This document shows, one piece after another, positions 60,253 through 64,000 of a stretch of DNA of 64,000 nt. The DNA is from Myxococcota bacterium (GTDB lineage: Bacteria; Myxococcota; UBA727; JAHDBA01). A model generated the notes under the pieces. It did not search any database. It was not told the origin of the DNA and saw only the letters and a program-made list of their open reading frames with translations. The DNA is taken from NCBI GenBank assembly GCA_020627505.1, contig JAHDGS010000002.1, forward strand, positions 4,213-68,212. Reading direction: 5' to 3'. Made by a program: the position numbers and the translations under genes. Each line of letters begins with the position of its first letter. Within the stretch, counting starts at the first letter, position 1.

Positions 60253-61473
60253 TTAGGATTTTTCTACATACGTCAATGTTTCGACGGGCTGATGCAATGC
60301 CTTATGCACAGGACACTTATTTGCAATCTCTTCAAGTTTTGTTCGTTGTTCTTCAGACAACGATGCCGCGACCTGTATGGCGCGCTGAATTTGGTACATG
60401 CGGTTTGTTTCATCTTGGTGGCATTCACTCTCTTTTGGTTGCACCCATTCACCGACGAGATCTACTTTTATCTCACCAAGCTCCCAACCTTTTCGTTCTG
60501 CATACATTCGTAATGTCATCGATGTACATGCGCCCAGTGCTGCCTGTAGTAATTCAAATGGCGCCATACCTGTATCATCACCACCTACTTTTTGGGGCTC
60601 ATCCGCATATATAATATGTTCCCCAGCCCTGAGCATTGTTCTGAATTTATAGCCTTCAACAGAGACCGTGCTGATATCCGGAAGTGCTGACTTGTCGATG
60701 GTTTTCTTGTCTTCCTTCGGTAAATTAATTTGTAGAGCACGTTGTGCCCAGCGTGCAATGACCTCGCCGACATAACGTGCATCGTGTTCTTTTGTTAGAA
60801 GATGATCTGCTTGTTCTATCCTTATCAAACTTGCGGTATCACCAATTTCATTGCGTAACGTCGACGCGTTATCAAAGCTAACCGTTTCATCTTCTGGTGC
60901 ATGCATAATCAGTGCTGGTATTGTGATATTTTTATGGCGATGTTCTTTAGAAACACGCTCAACAGCTTCTATAAATTCTTTCTGTATTGTGAATTGGCGC
61001 CCAGCAAGATCGACAATTGCTTCTCCTTCTTCGAGGATATGATCGATAGCATACTCAAATTGTCGCACAACATGCTCTGGTCTTGATGGTGCACCATATG
61101 TCGCAACGGCATCAATATGATCGTCACGGCTTGCATAATTTAGAACAGCTGCGCCACCTAAGCTATGTCCAATTAAGAGTCGAGGCGGCATGTTATTATC
61201 ACGCATCCATGCAATCACATCTTCTAAGTCGTGCAGATTGGTTTCAAATGTGGTCTCAGAAAAGTTTCCTTCACTTCTACCTAGCCCCGTAAAGTCGAAT
61301 CGTAAAACAGCGAAGCCGTGCGCTACCAGCATTTCAACAATTCGTTTTGTCGCCTTTAAATCTTTCGTGCACGTAAAGCAATGCGCAAAAATAGTATATG
61401 AATGAGAATCATGTGAGCGTTCCAATTTGGCATTGAGCTTTGTTCCTCGCCTCGTTTCTATCAAAATCTCCAT
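60253..61473 (-). CDS. Bifunctional alpha/beta-hydrolase / OsmC-family protein
   Basis: N-terminal hydrolase with the nucleophile elbow GHSLGG. C-terminal OsmC/Ohr-like domain (ALGACTSMTLRMYAERKGW ... CPVHKAL). Confidence 0.7.
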   Translation of the reverse strand: MEILIETRRGTKLNAKLERSHDSHSYTIFAHCFTCTKDLKATKRIVEMLVAHGFAVLRFDFTGLGRSEGNFSETTFETNLHDLEDVIAWMRDNNMPPRLLIGHSLGGAAVLNYASRDDHIDAVATYGAPSRPEHVVRQFEYAIDHILEEGEAIVDLAGRQFTIQKEFIEAVERVSKEHRHKNITIPALIMHAPEDETVSFDNASTLRNEIGDTASLIRIEQADHLLTKEHDARYVGEVIARWAQRALQINLPKEDKKTIDKSALPDISTVSVEGYKFRTMLRAGEHIIYADEPQKVGGDDTGMAPFELLQAALGACTSMTLRMYAERKGWELGEIKVDLVGEWVQPKESECHQDETNRMYQIQRAIQVAASLSEEQRTKLEEIANKCPVHKALHQPVETLTYVEKS

Positions 61474-61690
61474 ATCGTCTCCAATATCAGGTTACTTGAC
61501 CGATTTCCTAAATGATTGTTTACTCTGGTATCCTTCCTGGGCATAGCTGTTCGACCATTTTTCAAAAACTGCGAATAAGCTTTCCTCTAGCCGTTTCCTA
61601 CACAAACATTTTTCAAATGGATTCCTGATCACTACGATAGTAAGAGCGACTTTGTTTCAAACAGGATCTCTTAAAAAAATCATACCACTC

Positions 61691-63046
61691 TCACTCTGAG
61701 CAGAATAAAACGCCATCAGGACTTACATTACATTCTGAGGCACAGCCCATACATTCACAGTAGTTTTCTGAATCCAGACATGCGTCATCTGTTGTACAGC
61801 CAGTATCAGCGTTATTGAGGACACGGCAGATTTCTTCTGCACTACATTCCCATGTTGGTCCCATTGTGAGCATACAATCTCCTTTGAGATAGTCTTTTGA
61901 TCGCATCGTGAGCTCAAAACCACTCTCAACAACATCACCAATCAAATCATGTGCTGTATCAGCCAAGCGAAAAATAACGTCAGCTTCGGCACCGACCATT
62001 ATACCTGTATCGAAGTCCCCTTCGAAATGTATTGTCGCTGTCAGACCATCTGAAGATAGATTGAGTTCATATGGTATCGGTGACACCAAAACATGATTTG
62101 ATTCAACACGCATCGCCTCAAGGAGTGATTCGCGGTCCATCGGCACAGTAAAATCAATACCAAGTTGTGTTGCATAATTGATACGTTCATCTGGTTCTCT
62201 TGCTAAGCCTCTCGGGCGGGTCTCAACAACACCCACCGGTCCAATTGCTGTTTGAAAAATCTCACTAATACCACTTGAGATAGTCCCACCTGAAGCGAGT
62301 TCAACTGTGCCAGGTATAACAACAAGGTAGTCTTGACCATAATTCAACGCTTCAGTTGGCGTAAACAACAGTTCCGTATTGCCAGCCGACCATGCCAATA
62401 CGCCTTCTAGCCGCTCGCGATTGGTTGCACCATCATACTTATAAAACTCAATAAAATTTTCTCCAAAATCAAATTGTTGTTCAACATTAATTGGCGCAGG
62501 AAAATTCACCCGCAGCCACGTATCTATAGGTACGTAAATAGCGCCATCAAGTTCTCCTGATTCTTCATCAACACGCACAAGCTTTCCACGTCGAGTCGAA
62601 ATCTCAAGATAGGCATCATCTGTCATAAAGTTGAACATGAAAGGTTCTTCAAGCGCTAAACCATCTGCAGATTGAAACGATGTTGTGAGTTCTCCTGAGT
62701 AGTTTTCGTTGCCATCAAGGGGGACTTCAAAAGTAATAGACAAAACCGTGTTTTCTTCAGACCAATTGAAGATGGCATCTAACCGGGGTCCTCCATTTTG
62801 AGCTGATAGTAAAAAATCAGAGGATGTCGCGTCGACAGATGATGCTGTCACACTGGATGGATCCATCTCCTCTGAAAACGCCACAACAATCGCCTGCAGT
62901 GGGTCAACTGCCGTTGCACCAACGTCTGGCGTGATTGAAATGACTGTTGGCGGTTCAGGTTCAGGAGTTGGCTCAGGTTCCGGCTCAGAAGAACATGCTA
63001 AAAATATCAATGTAAATAAACTCAAGAGACCTAGATTAAACTTCAT
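61691..63046 (-). CDS. Lipoprotein with an Ig-like (SbsA-type) domain and a Cys-rich C-terminus
   Basis: Lipobox FLAC followed by a PEPEPT linker. The C-terminus is CTTDDACLDSENYCECMGCASEC. Confidence 0.45.
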   Translation of the reverse strand: MKFNLGLLSLFTLIFLACSSEPEPEPTPEPEPPTVISITPDVGATAVDPLQAIVVAFSEEMDPSSVTASSVDATSSDFLLSAQNGGPRLDAIFNWSEENTVLSITFEVPLDGNENYSGELTTSFQSADGLALEEPFMFNFMTDDAYLEISTRRGKLVRVDEESGELDGAIYVPIDTWLRVNFPAPINVEQQFDFGENFIEFYKYDGATNRERLEGVLAWSAGNTELLFTPTEALNYGQDYLVVIPGTVELASGGTISSGISEIFQTAIGPVGVVETRPRGLAREPDERINYATQLGIDFTVPMDRESLLEAMRVESNHVLVSPIPYELNLSSDGLTATIHFEGDFDTGIMVGAEADVIFRLADTAHDLIGDVVESGFELTMRSKDYLKGDCMLTMGPTWECSAEEICRVLNNADTGCTTDDACLDSENYCECMGCASECNVSPDGVLFCSE

Positions 63047-63227
63047 CGAAAACTCCTCGGCTTAGTGGTAACGAATATCATGCTATTTTAAAAGTCATTT
63101 GAACAACAAAGCTACACGATTAACTTACTTACAAAACACATTGGTATGTATGTACGAGGTACATATTTGATTCGCAGATAGCCTGCTCAAGCAGATTTAT
63201 CTTCATCACATACCTGTTCACACAAAT

Positions 63228-63258
63228 AAAAAAGGCACCCGAAGGTGCCTTTTCGTTC
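63228..63258 (-). terminator. Intrinsic terminator downstream of the OmpA-family gene
   Basis: aaaaaaggcacc-cgaa-ggtgccttttcg. On the minus strand the hairpin is followed by a T6 run. The same structure is a bidirectional A-run/hairpin/T-run. Confidence 0.65.
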
Positions 63259-63271
63259 AAGTGCTCAGTAC

Positions 63272-64000
63272 TTATTCTTTTGGATCGACCACTTTAACGG
63301 CCTCGACCTCTGTTCGAAGCGGTTCAGCTTCAACGATAAAGAAGTCAACACGACGATTCTTTTGCCGACCTGCTGACGTATTATTTGAAGCGATTGGCTT
63401 TGTCTCACCATAGCCTTCAGACTCAAGATGATCAGCTGCAACACCATGCTCCATCAAGTAGGCCATCACAGCAGCCGCTCTATCTTTTGATAGTTGCATA
63501 TTGTAGTCATCACCACCTTGGCTATCAGTATGGCCTTCTACCCGAATTTTCTTAATCTCAGGATGATGATTAATAATCGTTGCCACTTGATTCAACAAGT
63601 TGAAACTCCGTTCTTTAATCGTTGACTTAGCTGTGTCAAAGTAAACAGATTCACGAATTTCAATTTTGTTTTGTGTCAGCTTAACAAGCGTCTTACCCTT
63701 ATCTGGGCACCCGTCTTCATCTTCGTTACCGTTGATTGTTTCTGGCTCTTTTGGACACTTATCAACATTGTCAGGAATACCATCACCATCCGTATCTGGA
63801 CAACCACCAAACATACGTGGACCAGCAACATCTGGACACTTATCTTCACTATCTTCAATGCCATCACCATCTTTGTCCGCCAATGGGCAGCCTTGACGTG
63901 ATTCAGGACCAGCTTGTTCCGGACACTTGTCTTGATCGTCTGGGATACCATCTTGATCTTTATCTGAGATTGGGCAGCCTTTGCGCTCAACAGTACCTGG
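63272..64000 (-). CDS. OmpA/MotB-domain protein with N-terminal TSP3 (Asp-rich) repeats; 5' end lies beyond the window
   Basis: C-terminal OmpA-like domain (RVEGHTDSQGGDDYNMQLSKDRAAAV ... GYGETKP). Upstream DKDGDGIPD-x-DKCP repeats continue in frame to the window edge. Confidence 0.75.
   Translation of the reverse strand, partial: PGTVERKGCPISDKDQDGIPDDQDKCPEQAGPESRQGCPLADKDGDGIEDSEDKCPDVAGPRMFGGCPDTDGDGIPDNVDKCPKEPETINGNEDEDGCPDKGKTLVKLTQNKIEIRESVYFDTAKSTIKERSFNLLNQVATIINHHPEIKKIRVEGHTDSQGGDDYNMQLSKDRAAAVMAYLMEHGVAADHLESEGYGETKPIASNNTSAGRQKNRRVDFFIVEAEPLRTEVEAVKVVDPKE

Noticed and set aside
1-64000. Prophage, integron, IS or transposase content.
   Set aside because: No integrase, transposase, recombinase or phage structural motifs were seen in any frame. 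The only repetitive DNA is the 275-bp family reported above.

Overview
This is a 64 kb chromosomal segment with roughly 45-50% GC. It looks like a Myxococcota/Bdellovibrionota-type (delta-proteobacteria-like) genome: several secreted proteins end in MYXO-CTERM-like tails (GGC / GGGCDC, a hydrophobic helix, then an Arg cluster), there are thrombospondin type-3 (TSP3) Asp-rich repeats, and there is an ECF sigma / anti-sigma pair.

The backbone is housekeeping:
- kynurenine 3-monooxygenase
- an ftsE/ftsX/envC-like cluster
- a 2-oxoacid dehydrogenase E2
- a six-gene operon led by yidC
- queF, mlaE/mlaF, mutH, ftsK
- a ppk1-PAP2 operon

Between these sit many signal-peptide or lipoprotein genes encoding acidic, Cys-rich proteins, plus a KirBac-type K+ channel and a 4-heme cytochrome c lipoprotein.

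I found no integrase, transposase, CRISPR array, tRNA or rRNA.

The most unusual signal is a non-coding repeat family with no obvious annotation. The core is about 275 bp. It starts with a hairpin that would terminate antisense transcription and ends with a sense-strand hairpin followed by a T-run. Some copies carry an extra module of about 130 bp. There are four copies in the window: 23805-24083, 44978-45262 (inverted and 5'-truncated), and a tandem pair at 51992-52397 and 52418-52696. Internal hairpins keep their stems while the loops vary, there is one G-U-compatible substitution, and no reading frame is conserved between copies. I read this as a candidate multi-copy sRNA gene family or a MITE-like element.

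Other noteworthy points:
- a single-nucleotide frameshift splits a roughly 830-aa TSP3 / MYXO-CTERM surface-protein gene
- a Cys-rich lipoprotein gene has no canonical start codon
- the yidC operon carries a 775-aa HerA/DUF853-like ATPase and a TadA deaminase with a 150-aa N-terminal extension
- a protein with a histone-H1-like Lys-rich tail sits directly after yidC

All functional calls come from reading motifs in the supplied translations. No database search was possible.
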